Below are positions 9,840 to 21,731 of a DNA stretch of 64,000 nt, in pieces. Made by a program: the position numbers and the translations under genes. Source of the DNA: a virus; IMG/VR virus record IMGVR_UViG_3300028920_000027, positions 64,001 to 128,000 of that record; one strand, 5' to 3'. How positions within the stretch are numbered: position 1 is the stretch's first letter; each line of letters opens with the position of its first letter. The notes under the pieces were generated by a model. The model was given only the letters and a program-made list of their open reading frames with translations. It was not told the DNA's origin and made no database searches.

Positions 9840-10661
9840 TCAGGATCGGGCTGCAAGAAGGACGTGCCGATAAAGGAACTCGTGGACCTGGGCGTACGGC
9901 TTTTCGTCTTGTAGCCCGTTGTCCGAAACGCGAACTACGACACCTTTCAAGGCGTTACGGATCGGGGCCGCGCGCCACGCCATGAGGAAGTAATTGGAGC
10001 CAGTGAACTGGCGCTCAAAATAGGCCAACGAGTCAGGAGAGGGCGGCCGACCTGACAGCCACATTCTCACCGCGATCGACATCGCATATCCGCGCTTTTC
10101 CCAGTGCACTCGTCCGGGAGCGGGCCAGGGCGCAACGAGCGCGAGCCCCCCGACGAGCACGAGAGTTTCCCAGCCCGTGAGCAAGAAGCTGGTGACGATT
10201 GTTGCAGCCAGAGCGCTGGTGATGATGGCGATGAACGCAGCCATTGACCTCTGTACAACCGCGCACCCCAACACGTAGCCCAGAATTGGCACGAGCATCA
10301 GCCACGAATGCCACCCCGCTAGCCATGCATACACCAGCAACGGTAAGGCCACGAGGATCTGAGGGAACATATAGGACACCTGAAACCACCCGGGGAACCG
10401 CCGACTGTCGTACAGATGGACATACTCGTGCGCCAATACCGTGAAGCTCGCTTCAGGATCCTTCGAATAGTACCCAAAGTTCGGAAACCAAATGGTCTTC
10501 CCCAGCGTCGTGACATATTGGTCCATGAAGCCGGGGTTGAAGGGCCACACCAGAAACCCAAGGGTCAGCATGAACCAAGATTCGTTTTTGAAACAGACCT
10601 TGAAGCCTGGCACCCATCTGTTGATGTCTGCCTCGAACTTCCGCAGTATATTGATGTCCAC
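9840..10661 (-). CDS. Membrane protein with HExxH zinc-peptidase motif
   Basis: LAHEYVH followed by about four hydrophobic helices. Confidence 0.7.
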   Translation of the reverse strand: MDINILRKFEADINRWVPGFKVCFKNESWFMLTLGFLVWPFNPGFMDQYVTTLGKTIWFPNFGYYSKDPEASFTVLAHEYVHLYDSRRFPGWFQVSYMFPQILVALPLLVYAWLAGWHSWLMLVPILGYVLGCAVVQRSMAAFIAIITSALAATIVTSFLLTGWETLVLVGGLALVAPWPAPGRVHWEKRGYAMSIAVRMWLSGRPPSPDSLAYFERQFTGSNYFLMAWRAAPIRNALKGVVVRVSDNGLQDEKPYAQVHEFLYRHVLLAARS

Positions 10662-10669
10662 GTTTCACC

Positions 10670-10885
10670 CTACAAATTAACCGAGCCGCCTGTGTTGACT
10701 CCCCAAGAGTGGCCGCACTTGGTGCAGCGGTACAGTCGCTGACCCCCTGCATTTTGGAGATGTACCTCCTGCGCCGTGATCGAGTCACACTTGGGATTGC
10801 GACACTTGAGCTGAACTGGTACGGGCTCTTCTTTTGCGCGCTTGGATAGGCCGGGAGTTGTCCCCGCCGGATCTACTTCTGTCAT
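10670..10885 (-). CDS. Small zinc-finger protein
   Basis: CRNPKC...YRCTKCGHSW; GAAGG RBS before MTEVDP. Confidence 0.7.
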   Translation of the reverse strand: MTEVDPAGTTPGLSKRAKEEPVPVQLKCRNPKCDSITAQEVHLQNAGGQRLYRCTKCGHSWGVNTGGSVNL

Positions 10886-10929
10886 GATGTCCCTTCTGAC
10901 ATGGCTGGACCTCGACAAGTCGGGGCCAC

Positions 10930-11319
10930 TTACAATGACGACGTTGGGTAGTCGTCAGTGAACAGACTCTGCAAGATGCCAAGCACCCGAGCATAGAAGG
11001 TGCGGTCCCGGGCGTCGAGAGTCCCAGGGGCGAAATGCACCTCGGGGTCTCGAACGGTCGGGGTGGCGGCAGGGACAATTTGGGGATGGAACGTGTCTGT
11101 CTCCACGTAGGGTAGAATCTTCTCCCAATCCTCGTGGCGAATAACTACGTTCACCGTCAAACCATGTAGGCGCACGTAGCTGATCCCCCGACCTTGGTTC
11201 GCATCCACACGCACTTTTCCACGCGCATAGGCTACGATGGCCACGGCTACTTCGGGGAGGTCACTCTTTAGCAGTCGAACGGGTCGCCGCCCGGAGATGC
11301 GTAACAAAGTGCCGTCCAC
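10930..11319 (-). CDS. Hypothetical protein (129 aa)
   Basis: ORF track; codirectional in operon-like run. Confidence 0.65.
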   Translation of the reverse strand: MDGTLLRISGRRPVRLLKSDLPEVAVAIVAYARGKVRVDANQGRGISYVRLHGLTVNVVIRHEDWEKILPYVETDTFHPQIVPAATPTVRDPEVHFAPGTLDARDRTFYARVLGILQSLFTDDYPTSSL

Positions 11320-11352
11320 ATCAGGGGCAAGGCCACAAGTGAATCCATCACA

Positions 11353-13352
<2,000 letters not shown>

Positions 13353-13360
13353 GACCTGGC

Positions 13361-13370
13361 AGCATACACC
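13361..13370 (-). promoter_or_regulatory. GGTG-TATGCT promoter motif (groEL operon)
   Basis: 8 nt before GTG 13352. Confidence 0.65.
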
Positions 13371-13386
13371 AAGTCAGCCCGTGGTG

Positions 13387-14934
13387 TTACCAGCCCTGAC
13401 GGCTCTTTGAAAGCGAAGGCTTCTCGGCGACGAGCTGTGGCGATGGGCTCTCCGCAGGCGCGGCCCACTGAACCCCGTCCCCGAAGCTCGGTGTCTCTGC
13501 CGAAGCATTGAGAGGAGACTGCTCAGGAACGTAGAGGATGCCGCTGCCGCTGCCGCTGCCGCTGCCGCTGCCGCTGCCATTCCCCACGAACGAAGAAACC
13601 GTTGCATCACGCGCCGCATTGCTGAGCTGCACGCTTCCCAAGTTCTGAAAGTCGGCCAGGGCCTGGAAATCAGCACAGACCAAACCCATGCCCCGAGAAG
13701 CAAAGTGCCGTGCTGAGTTCCGATAGCCCGCGCCCACACTGTAGGCCGCCCCCGACACATAGTTCTGCCTCAGGTTGGTTGCCATAGCAGCCAGACCATC
13801 GTGACCTGCTACCTGATCAGAGACTTCGCGCAGAAGCTCTGATGCCGTGTCGAAGTTACCTCGGGAGGCTTCCTCTTCAGCCTTGCCTTGCGCCCGCACG
13901 ATCTTGGCAAGCCCCACGATCTCTTGCAGGTCCGCGGGGATCTCCTTGGCCACCTCGTCAGGCTTAACGAACCGCACCTGGCACGTGGCCTCAACGTTGT
14001 GAGTGCTGGTTGTGCCGTGCTGATCCAGCATCGCGTAGGTTGTGACCACCTTAAAGGCGTTGACGTCACGAGGGAATGCCTGCTTCTGCTCTTTCAGCTC
14101 GATCTCCAGCACGAGATGACGGTTCTCCTCCGCCAACATCTCGGGGATCTTGAGAGTGACCTGTCCGATCTCATCCTCGACGTCGACATCGCTCAGCACG
14201 TCCCGAATGCGATGCCCATTCAAGGGCTCGATCGAGACCTCGATGCTCGTCGCGTAAGTCGAGAGGAGTCCACCCAACTCGGCGCCGAACGCTGCCAGCG
14301 CGGCGTCAGGCTCCTGAACGTAGGCATAGTTCCCTTTTCCCGTGCGTGCAAACTCGGTCAGGAAGTCTTGGTCACATCCGGTCCAGGCATCGTTGCCCGC
14401 ACCATAGCCAAACGCGCTCACCGTCACGTTGCCACGTTGCTCGGACAACATCCGGAGGATAGCAAGGCTATCCTTGACACCCACCGTCGGCTGCCCGTCA
14501 GTGAACATGATGACGCGAGACCGGTAGCTTGGTGGCAAGTCGAGCTGAGTCACCAACGCCAAGCTCCGAACCATACCTTCACAGAAGTTGGTGCCACCCA
14601 TTGGTGCCAACTGGTTGATGGCCTTGACCAGCTGATCCCGAATCTGGCTCAAAGGCCCGGGTTCGACCCGAACATGGACATTGTTCTCGAAGACAATGAG
14701 CCCGGACACATCGTCGTCTTTCAGGTGCTCGACGAGCTTGAGGGCACTCTTCTTGGCGTACTCCAGCTTAGCTCCCCGCATCGAACCAGACACGTCGATG
14801 ACGGGCAGAACTGCGAGAAGGGGGCGGGTCTCGACCCAATCGACCTCGGGAGCGCTGAGGGTAAGGACGAGGTGGTCTACATTGGACTGGGTATGATCAA
14901 AATTGGGGGATGCGCAACGCGCCTGAATCTGCAT
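13387..14934 (-). CDS. von Willebrand factor A domain protein with (GS)6 linker
   Basis: MIDAS DVSGSM, GGTNF, MFTDG; GGAGA RBS before ATG 14934. Confidence 0.9.
   Translation of the reverse strand: MQIQARCASPNFDHTQSNVDHLVLTLSAPEVDWVETRPLLAVLPVIDVSGSMRGAKLEYAKKSALKLVEHLKDDDVSGLIVFENNVHVRVEPGPLSQIRDQLVKAINQLAPMGGTNFCEGMVRSLALVTQLDLPPSYRSRVIMFTDGQPTVGVKDSLAILRMLSEQRGNVTVSAFGYGAGNDAWTGCDQDFLTEFARTGKGNYAYVQEPDAALAAFGAELGGLLSTYATSIEVSIEPLNGHRIRDVLSDVDVEDEIGQVTLKIPEMLAEENRHLVLEIELKEQKQAFPRDVNAFKVVTTYAMLDQHGTTSTHNVEATCQVRFVKPDEVAKEIPADLQEIVGLAKIVRAQGKAEEEASRGNFDTASELLREVSDQVAGHDGLAAMATNLRQNYVSGAAYSVGAGYRNSARHFASRGMGLVCADFQALADFQNLGSVQLSNAARDATVSSFVGNGSGSGSGSGSGSGILYVPEQSPLNASAETPSFGDGVQWAAPAESPSPQLVAEKPSLSKSRQGW
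13540..13578. repeat. (GCCGCT)6 hexanucleotide tandem repeat encoding Gly-Ser linker
   Basis: Six perfect copies plus GCC. Confidence 0.95.
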
Positions 14935-15090
14935 GATAAATCTCCGTGCAAACAATCGAGTGGTCGCCTTCGACGCGGGCTTGGACAGAGCCCCAGAATC
15001 TCTGGCAAAACAGTTCGAGTGTCCTTACGGCCACCCCAAAACCTTGCGGCGCGGGCAACCGCGACAGAGAGCCAATCCTTCAGGGACGCA

Positions 15091-15471
15091 ATGCCCTCCG
15101 CGTTCCGTACTACACCAACTATCCGGCCAAAGCCACGAAATTCGTTCGATGCCCTGTCTCAAGTCATGGGCACGCAACGTCGCCATTCATCGCAACGCCT
15201 GCGCATCCGCAGTTCAACACCACCGCCGAAACGCGACACGCTGATCCCCTGCCCAGCGTGCGGCTCCAAGGGGGAGCAAATCTACGAGGACCACCGCGGA
15301 AGGTACCGCCATCGCGAATGCCCCTGGTGCGACGGCAAAGGTTTCACCGACTTTCAGACCATCTCGATGTTCTGCCGTTGGCAGCGCATCCTCCAGCACA
15401 ACTGGGCAACGGGAAGGTGTGGCATCAAGAAGAGGACGCCTCTACCACGACCCCCACCGCCGAAGAAATGA
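15091..15471 (+). CDS. Small protein with DnaJ-type zinc-finger repeats
   Basis: CPACGSKG...CPWCDGKG at the 3' end of the long 13888 frame; start 15091 or 15166. Confidence 0.55.
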   Translation: MPSAFRTTPTIRPKPRNSFDALSQVMGTQRRHSSQRLRIRSSTPPPKRDTLIPCPACGSKGEQIYEDHRGRYRHRECPWCDGKGFTDFQTISMFCRWQRILQHNWATGRCGIKKRTPLPRPPPPKK

Positions 15472-15757
15472 CCGTGCATCGCGCGTGGACAACCCCACCG
15501 CCCCGGGTCAGGTTGAACTTGAACCCTGGTGTGAGTAAGTATGCTGGGCGTTGACTGAGCCATTCCACATAGCCCTCCACTTCCCCATTCGGATCTGGGT
15601 CACCCAGAAGCTCCCCCAGCATCGTCCAGTACTGGAACTCCTCAGGCAACAGGTCCCCCGTCGCCGGCATAGCTAACCGACGATTGGGGAAGTTGCAGGG
15701 GTTGAGGCGAGAGTGCTCGGTGACGAATCGGAAGCGGGCACGGGCGCGAGAGTCCAT
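15425..15757 (-). CDS. Hypothetical protein (110 aa)
   Basis: GGTGTAAGTT 6 nt before ATG. Confidence 0.55.
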   Translation of the reverse strand: MDSRARARFRFVTEHSRLNPCNFPNRRLAMPATGDLLPEEFQYWTMLGELLGDPDPNGEVEGYVEWLSQRPAYLLTPGFKFNLTRGGGVVHARCTVISSAVGVVVEASSS

Positions 15758-15763
15758 GCCCTT

Positions 15764-15773
15764 AACTTACACC
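15764..15773 (-). promoter_or_regulatory. GGTG-TAAGTT promoter motif
   Basis: 6 nt before ATG 15757. Confidence 0.65.
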
Positions 15774-15788
15774 ACCACCAGCACTTAG

Positions 15789-16370
15789 CTACCCGGCTTG
15801 GAGGAAGGGTCTCCACTCGTCGGGTGCCTTTTCGAGATCGATGTGAGGCGAATGCATCGGCAAGATCGCAGGTCGGACCGGCACCCTCAGAAGCTCCATT
15901 CCCGCCTGTTCTGGCGTGCGATTGTCCTTGCGAGAGTTGCAGGGATAGCATGCCATCACGATGTTCTCCCACACGGTCTTCCCGCCTTGCGACCGAGGGA
16001 GTACGTGGTCGTAGTTAAGCTGACTCAAGGGTAACTTCTCACCGCAGTAGCAGCACCTGAAGCCATCCCGAAGAGCCACGTTAATCTTCGAGAACTTGAC
16101 CCCTGATTTGGTCATGCTCACCGGGCGTCGCAGAACAGCAACGGCGGGTGCCTTGATGGTCAAACTCTCGGTGTCCGTTCCAACAACTTGACGAAGGGCG
16201 CGTCGCAGCTCTGGAAAGCTCGATAGCGTCTGGCGCCCGATGACAGCCAACACCTCATCATACTGAGCCAGCACTTCGATGGACCCCTTGAACATGGCGG
16301 CAACAGCGTCCTGCCACGTGATGATGTCATGGGGCTTCCAGGCTTGGTTCAAAACGAGTGTACGGTACAT
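15789..16370 (-). CDS. HNH endonuclease (McrA-like)
   Basis: RDGFRCCYCG, NYDHVLPRSQGGKTVWENIVMACYPCNSRK. Confidence 0.92.
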   Translation of the reverse strand: MYRTLVLNQAWKPHDIITWQDAVAAMFKGSIEVLAQYDEVLAVIGRQTLSSFPELRRALRQVVGTDTESLTIKAPAVAVLRRPVSMTKSGVKFSKINVALRDGFRCCYCGEKLPLSQLNYDHVLPRSQGGKTVWENIVMACYPCNSRKDNRTPEQAGMELLRVPVRPAILPMHSPHIDLEKAPDEWRPFLQAG

Positions 16371-16432
16371 GATGCTATTCTCCTATCTCTAACAGCTTGA
16401 CAGGGCAAATTCTTCTTGTGGTCCCGGGGGTT

Positions 16433-16794
16433 ATGCTTGAGGACTGGATTGCCGAAAACCTCGGAAAGGCCCTGCTGATAGGTATGGGAGCCACGATCCT
16501 GATAGCCATCCTGGCCTTCTACCTAGCACCATCATCACCATCGTAGGCGGGGGCCTGGCGCTGGCCCTCGGCATGGTTTTCTACCGAGCTTTGGCCATCA
16601 GCTGGGGAGTGGTCAAGGGCCATCACACACCGGTAGATAAGGGCCATCACACGGAAGAGGACCATCCAGGCGACGACTTTCTGACCGGCATCGATGCCTA
16701 CCTCAACGGGATACTGCTGACGCCAACCTCACCGAGGCAGAAGGCGCCCACACCTTTACACCACAGAACCCAGAAGCACACATCGTACACATGA
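16433..16794 (+). pseudogene. Membrane protein split by an apparent -1 frameshift
   Basis: MLEDWIAENLGKALLIGMGATILIAILAFYL continues in -1 frame as STIITIVGGGLALALGMVFYRAL (joins ORF 16573..16794). Confidence 0.5.
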
Positions 16795-16892
16795 ACGTGG
16801 ACAAAAAGGGTACCGACTGGGAGGTCGAATCTCCGCGGCCGACCCACCAGTCATCGCCGACGAGCTGGGAGCGGCTACGCGAAGACGACTGA
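16791..16892 (+). CDS. 33-aa peptide ending in SPTSWERLREDD
   Basis: Manual translation; ATG overlaps previous stop; carries the WERL motif. Confidence 0.55.
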   Translation: MNVDKKGTDWEVESPRPTHQSSPTSWERLREDD

Positions 16893-16955
16893 AAGAGGTG
16901 GTAATTCTTGGGGTGTGGGCGTGAAACTACTTTTCGGCCTGCCTAGACGAGCCCC

Positions 16956-17867
16956 ATGAGAATCCTGATCGTCGAGGATAACCCCCAAGAGCGCGAACTG
17001 TTGCGCTATTTGCTGGAAGATCGCTTCCAGAATGAGGCGAAATTCCGAGAAGCCGCCAACTTGGAGCTTGCTCTCAAGTACCTGGCGTCGGACACCATCG
17101 ACGTTGTTGTGCTGGACCTCTCGCTACCCGACAGCGCCGGGCGCGAAACCTTCAACAAGCTGCATGAGGCACACCCCACCATCCCCATCGTGGTGATGAC
17201 AAACAACAAAGATCGCACACTCGCGATCGACATGATCCAGCACGGGGCAGCCGACTACATAGTCAAGAACTTCACCGACGAAGAGGAGCTGTTCCGGAGG
17301 ATCTTGTTTGCCGTCGAAAAGCACCAGACCACAATCCGAACTACCTCCAAGCGGGCAAACAGCATCCACGCCTTGGACCGGGCCCGCGCCAAAATGCAAC
17401 GAGCTCACCAAAGTGGTCAACACCAACTTGCTCTAGATGGGACCGTCGAGACCTCACAGGCGGTGGCAGCCCTTGCCCGTTCAATATTTGAGGGAATGCA
17501 GGATGTCACCCAGAGTGTCCAAAAGCTCTCATTGCAATCCGAGGCCATGGGCAAGACTGTCGACACCCTCGACCAGGAACTCCTCCGTGGATACTCGGGG
17601 CGCCCCTCGATGCGGTCCCAGGTCGACGTCATCGACACGCGGCTGACCAACCTCGAAGAGGAAGTTGGCGACGTCAAGAACTCAGTTGAAAACGACCGGC
17701 AGAGCGCCGTCGAGATCCAGCGGTTTCAGATTCAAGAAAAGCTGAGCGCACGGACCAAGGTCATCCTGGCCATCATCGGTGTAGTCGGCACCATCGCGAC
17801 AGGGGTAGTTACTTGGGCAGTGACAGTCGCTTCCGGGGGGACAGCCACAACAATTGAGGGGAAGTAG
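16956..17867 (+). CDS. Response regulator: REC domain + coiled coil + C-terminal transmembrane helix
   Basis: ILIVEDN, LDLSLPD phospho-Asp, VVMT, DYIVK; hydrophobic VILAIIGVVGTIATGVVTWAV tail. Confidence 0.85.
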   Translation: MRILIVEDNPQERELLRYLLEDRFQNEAKFREAANLELALKYLASDTIDVVVLDLSLPDSAGRETFNKLHEAHPTIPIVVMTNNKDRTLAIDMIQHGAADYIVKNFTDEEELFRRILFAVEKHQTTIRTTSKRANSIHALDRARAKMQRAHQSGQHQLALDGTVETSQAVAALARSIFEGMQDVTQSVQKLSLQSEAMGKTVDTLDQELLRGYSGRPSMRSQVDVIDTRLTNLEEEVGDVKNSVENDRQSAVEIQRFQIQEKLSARTKVILAIIGVVGTIATGVVTWAVTVASGGTATTIEGK

Positions 17868-17876
17868 GACAATGAC

Positions 17877-18950
17877 ATGCACAAGCCTTGCTCGAGTACC
17901 ACTGCCTACTATCTCTGCCAGCCTGCCTTTCACAACTCTCCCATAGGCCAGGCCGTCCTCAACATCGATGGGTCCTTCGTCGAGGTCAACCAAGCATTCT
18001 GTACCCTCCTTAGGCGAACCCGAGAAAACGTCATCGCTCGAGGGCATGACGAGCTGCTGCACCCCGACGAGACCCTGACCCTCGGTAAGGTAGCTGACCG
18101 CATTCGGATGCGACGCTCCTGTCAGACCGAAGCGCGCTATGCCCGCGGTGATGCAAACATCATGCATGCGCTGCTCAGCGTATCGGGGATCTTCCAGGCC
18201 AACCTGCTTCAGCACATCGTCATCCAGCTGCAAGACATCACTGAGCTGAAGCGCCTTCAAGAAGACCTCCAGCAGAACGCCGCCGACCTGGAGCAGTTCG
18301 CGTACATTGCCTCCCACGACCTTCGCGAGCCCCTTGTCACCATGGCCGGGTTTGCCTCCCTCCTCCAGAAGAAGTGCAGTGGTGAACTCGAAGAGAAGGG
18401 TCGGCACTGGGTCGAAGAGATCCTCAACGGTACCAAGCAGATGGAACGGAAGATCGACGATCTGCTCGCCTTCAGCCGAGCCAGTCGAATCGATCCCCAA
18501 GGTGAGTTCCCCCTGGGCGCCGCCGTCGAGGAAGCACGGCGTGCACTGGTAGGAGCCATCACTCGAACCAACGCCAGCATCATCCTCGACCACCAGCTCC
18601 CCCTCGTGCAAGGTGACCGGTCGATGGTGGCCCAGGTGTTCCAAAATCTATTCTCGAATTCCATCAAGTACAAAAGCTCCAAGGAGCCAGTGATCCATGT
18701 GTCAGCCAAACGATGCAGCGAAGGCTGGGTCGTGTCGGTATCTGACAACGGCATTGGGTTCGACATGAGGCATGCCAACCGCATTTTCGGAGTCTTTCAG
18801 CGCCTCTACACAATCGACCAATACCCCGGGACAGGAATCGGTCTCGCCATCACCAAGAAGATCATCGAGCGCCATGGGGGTCGCATCTGGCCCGAAAGCG
18901 AACCTGACAAGGGAACCACCTTCCACTTCATCCTGCGAGCCTCACAATGA
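17877..18950 (+). CDS. PAS-domain sensor histidine kinase (Cph1/BphP-type HisKA + HATPase)
   Basis: FAYIASHDLREPL H-box, QNLFSNSIKY N-box, DNGIG, GTGIGL, GTTF. Confidence 0.93.
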   Translation: MHKPCSSTTAYYLCQPAFHNSPIGQAVLNIDGSFVEVNQAFCTLLRRTRENVIARGHDELLHPDETLTLGKVADRIRMRRSCQTEARYARGDANIMHALLSVSGIFQANLLQHIVIQLQDITELKRLQEDLQQNAADLEQFAYIASHDLREPLVTMAGFASLLQKKCSGELEEKGRHWVEEILNGTKQMERKIDDLLAFSRASRIDPQGEFPLGAAVEEARRALVGAITRTNASIILDHQLPLVQGDRSMVAQVFQNLFSNSIKYKSSKEPVIHVSAKRCSEGWVVSVSDNGIGFDMRHANRIFGVFQRLYTIDQYPGTGIGLAITKKIIERHGGRIWPESEPDKGTTFHFILRASQ

Positions 18951-19396
18951 GTCGTTGCCTCAACATCCTGCTAGCCGAAGACAACAGGCACGATGCCGAA
19001 CTGATCACGGAGGCTTTCGCTGATAGCGAAATCTGCCACAACATCCAGGTTGTAGCCGACGGCGAGGCGGCTCTCATCCACCTCAGGAACCGAACCCCTG
19101 ACCTGCTGTTCCTTGACCTAAACCTCCCCAAGATGGGGGGTCTCGACGTTCTGCGCTCCGTGCGCAGAACCCCCAACCTTGAACACGTCCTGGTTCTCAT
19201 TCTCACGAACTCGACTTCTGACGATGATGTGTATGCCGCATATCGAGCAGGCGCCAACGCCTACATCCGCAAGCCTCTTGGCTTCGACAGCCTCCTGACC
19301 GTCGTCAAAAGCACGACCGCCTTCTGGTTCCGGGTCGCCGTCATCCCGGGAAGGCCGGCTCCTCGCATCGATTCTGGGCCGCCCTCGGCGGTCTAG
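18947..19396 (+). CDS. Single-domain response regulator (Rcp1-like)
   Basis: ILLAEDN, LDLNLPKMGG, LTNS, GANAYIRKP; ATGA-coupled to kinase. Confidence 0.92.
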   Translation: MSRCLNILLAEDNRHDAELITEAFADSEICHNIQVVADGEAALIHLRNRTPDLLFLDLNLPKMGGLDVLRSVRRTPNLEHVLVLILTNSTSDDDVYAAYRAGANAYIRKPLGFDSLLTVVKSTTAFWFRVAVIPGRPAPRIDSGPPSAV

Positions 19397-19471
19397 CCCC
19401 CTTGGTTCAGAAGACCCTGCCGCTATGCGAATCGCTAAGCCCTCATAATCCTTTTCTGTAACGGATTTGGC

Positions 19472-19807
19472 ATGGGCACCACCACCAAGAAAGTTGCCGC
19501 GCGTTTCAAGGAGCGCATGGCCAGTGCCTCAGGCGACCGTCTGATGCGCCCCCTTTCAGATGCCATCGACGATCTGGTGGAAGCCAAAAAGAAAGCCGAA
19601 AAGGCACTTCAAGCCCTGCGTCGCCACACAGAGAGTGTCGTCAAGAGCGAAGACTTCCAAGCTCGTGTCAAAGGGCTCGACCGGGAGGCCCCCCAGCAAA
19701 TGATCGGCTACATGAGGGAGCACCTGGAAACTGCCAAAAAAGGGATCGAGAGCTTGGCCTCCGAGTATGACGATGCCGCCATCCGCCTCAAGCGCATGGG
19801 AATCTGA
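19472..19807 (+). CDS. Helical hypothetical protein with N-terminal KVAARF motif
   Basis: ORF track; coupled to next gene. Confidence 0.75.
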   Translation: MGTTTKKVAARFKERMASASGDRLMRPLSDAIDDLVEAKKKAEKALQALRRHTESVVKSEDFQARVKGLDREAPQQMIGYMREHLETAKKGIESLASEYDDAAIRLKRMGI

Positions 19808-20073
19808 TGGATCCAGTTGCTCGACGAGTTGCCAAACGCTTCCGAGACCAACGGGGCCCCAGCAAAGGCACGTTGATAGATCGCATCGTGGTATACGTGC
19901 GTGAGACCACCGGGCTCAGTCGGGGCATCGCAGAAGGCATCGCCAAAACTCTAGTTCGGAGCGGACGGAACATCGACCAACTCGCCGTGCAGAAGGGGTG
20001 GCCCCTTGATGGAGGCCAGCTCATGGGACCGCGGGGCGCCGTCACGTTGGACGAACTACGAGCCCTAGTCTGA
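19807..20073 (+). CDS. Hypothetical protein with N-terminal RVAKRF motif
   Basis: ORF track. Confidence 0.75.
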   Translation: MDPVARRVAKRFRDQRGPSKGTLIDRIVVYVRETTGLSRGIAEGIAKTLVRSGRNIDQLAVQKGWPLDGGQLMGPRGAVTLDELRALV

Positions 20074-20201
20074 TCTGGCCGGCTTTCTCTGTCACTGCTC
20101 TGGGGCCACTCTAGTACTGCACTACCCTGACCGCGCGACCACACCCATCACAGACAACTTTCACCTGGGTACCCGGGACAATGACCAACCAGCCCAGCGC
20201 G

Positions 20202-20882
20202 TCAGTGATAGTCGTACTTGACCTTCAAATTGTCCCAAACCTTACGCAGTTCGAGGATGCTCATCCCGTTGACCTTGGACAGGTTCTCCTGAAGCCATAT
20301 GTTGAACAACTTGGCACCCTTGGCCACTTCTCGCTTACCGCCAGCTGGTGTGTAAAGGGTGTCCTGAGTGAAGCTTCCTCCGTCAGGCCTCCCCATGATG
20401 GCCACGCTCTTGACGCCCCAATCCGTAGGTTTGGACTCGATGACCATGTAGTCCCCGTTGTCGTTGGGACGAGTCTTGAGGGTGATCTTGGTGAGCCCCC
20501 CTGGCTCGACATCGACCCCTCGCGCCTGTGAACGGTTGACCTCGATCTCGCCAGGATAGCTCGCAAGCAGGTCCCGGAAGAAAGCCATCACTTGGTCAAA
20601 GGTCCGGTAATGAACCAACGCCTGTGACGTGCTGTCAAACCACTGGTCCCAGTCACCCTTGTAGGCGTAACTCGGACTGACGGTGGCTTCATCGACCTTC
20701 TTGCCCCGCTTGCCCGCGTTCGTCAGGTCCGTGACCCGAAAGTGGTCTCGGTACCGATGAACACGAACGTTCCCCATCTCGACGGTGCGGCCCACGCCGA
20801 TGCCTGCAAGGGCTTCCTTGTAGCGACGGGCAACTCTGGTCGCCATGGACCTGTGGGCGGCAATACGGGCTTTGATGCTCAT
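20202..20882 (-). CDS. Hypothetical protein with N-terminal RVARRY motif
   Basis: ORF track; strong GC3 codon usage. Confidence 0.8.
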   Translation of the reverse strand: MSIKARIAAHRSMATRVARRYKEALAGIGVGRTVEMGNVRVHRYRDHFRVTDLTNAGKRGKKVDEATVSPSYAYKGDWDQWFDSTSQALVHYRTFDQVMAFFRDLLASYPGEIEVNRSQARGVDVEPGGLTKITLKTRPNDNGDYMVIESKPTDWGVKSVAIMGRPDGGSFTQDTLYTPAGGKREVAKGAKLFNIWLQENLSKVNGMSILELRKVWDNLKVKYDYH

Positions 20883-20908
20883 GCGTAGGCTGGCCCACAA
20901 GTAGAACT

Positions 20909-21322
20909 TCAGGCCCCCATGACGTAGCGAAAGATCTCGGTACCGCTCATCACTTCTTCCGACTTGACTTCTAGTTCAGGCTCAATGACCTGGGGCTCAC
21001 TTGAGAAGATGAGGACCGGCTTAGGGAGCAAGACCTTGCCACTGCGAAGATCAAGGATGAGCTGGCGACGACCTTGGAAAGTAGCGAGCTGTCCCCGGAA
21101 GGCTCGCAAGGGAGCCTGGGAGCCCCTTGTAGCTGCCCGCACCAGCGCCCGAGGACACAACCACCTCCGCGTGGGACCCCTTGTATCAGCCTCTGTAAAG
21201 CCCAGTATCGCCCCATCCACACTATCCCGCGGGATGATCATCGCGCCCGGCTCCACCTTGGCATCTTGTACCGCCTTGAGCCAGGCATGTGGATCCTCGA
21301 AAGTGAGCACATTTCCAGGCAT
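20909..21322 (-). CDS. Hypothetical protein (137 aa)
   Basis: GGTGTAAAGT motif upstream. Confidence 0.65.
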   Translation of the reverse strand: MPGNVLTFEDPHAWLKAVQDAKVEPGAMIIPRDSVDGAILGFTEADTRGPTRRWLCPRALVRAATRGSQAPLRAFRGQLATFQGRRQLILDLRSGKVLLPKPVLIFSSEPQVIEPELEVKSEEVMSGTEIFRYVMGA

Positions 21323-21356
21323 TCCAAGCTCACTTTACACCACGATCCAGGGCTCG

Positions 21357-21731
21357 TCAGGCCAACCGCTCCCAGAGCGTCGGGATCGAGGCCCGTTTCC
21401 GGTTCGCAGCTTCCTTGATCCGTTTCCGGTTCGCAGCTTCCTCGATCAGCCCCTCGATGAACTCGTTACGGGCCGCCTGACCCCGGAAGGTGTTCCGAAC
21501 GGTCACGTCACGGTGGTGGGCAAAAACCTCGATCTGGACCTTGATCGTGACCCGAGCCACATCACCACTGTTGTGGAAAATATAGGTGATCTCGCGACGA
21601 GAGATGTTGTCACTGGGGGTCATCTTTTCGTAGCCCAGCGAAATGGCAGCAATCATGGCCTCGGAGAACTCGTCGACCGACGTGGCCGTGAACTCCCTGT
21701 GAAGGGTTAGAGGCATCGGAGGCGCTCCCAC
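21357..21731 (-). CDS. Hypothetical protein ending PTLWERLA
   Basis: ORF track; internal 27-nt tandem duplication. Confidence 0.65.
   Translation of the reverse strand: MGAPPMPLTLHREFTATSVDEFSEAMIAAISLGYEKMTPSDNISRREITYIFHNSGDVARVTIKVQIEVFAHHRDVTVRNTFRGQAARNEFIEGLIEEAANRKRIKEAANRKRASIPTLWERLA
21394..21447. repeat. 27-nt tandem duplication (EAANRKR twice)
   Basis: 21394-21420 vs 21421-21447, one mismatch. Confidence 0.9.
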
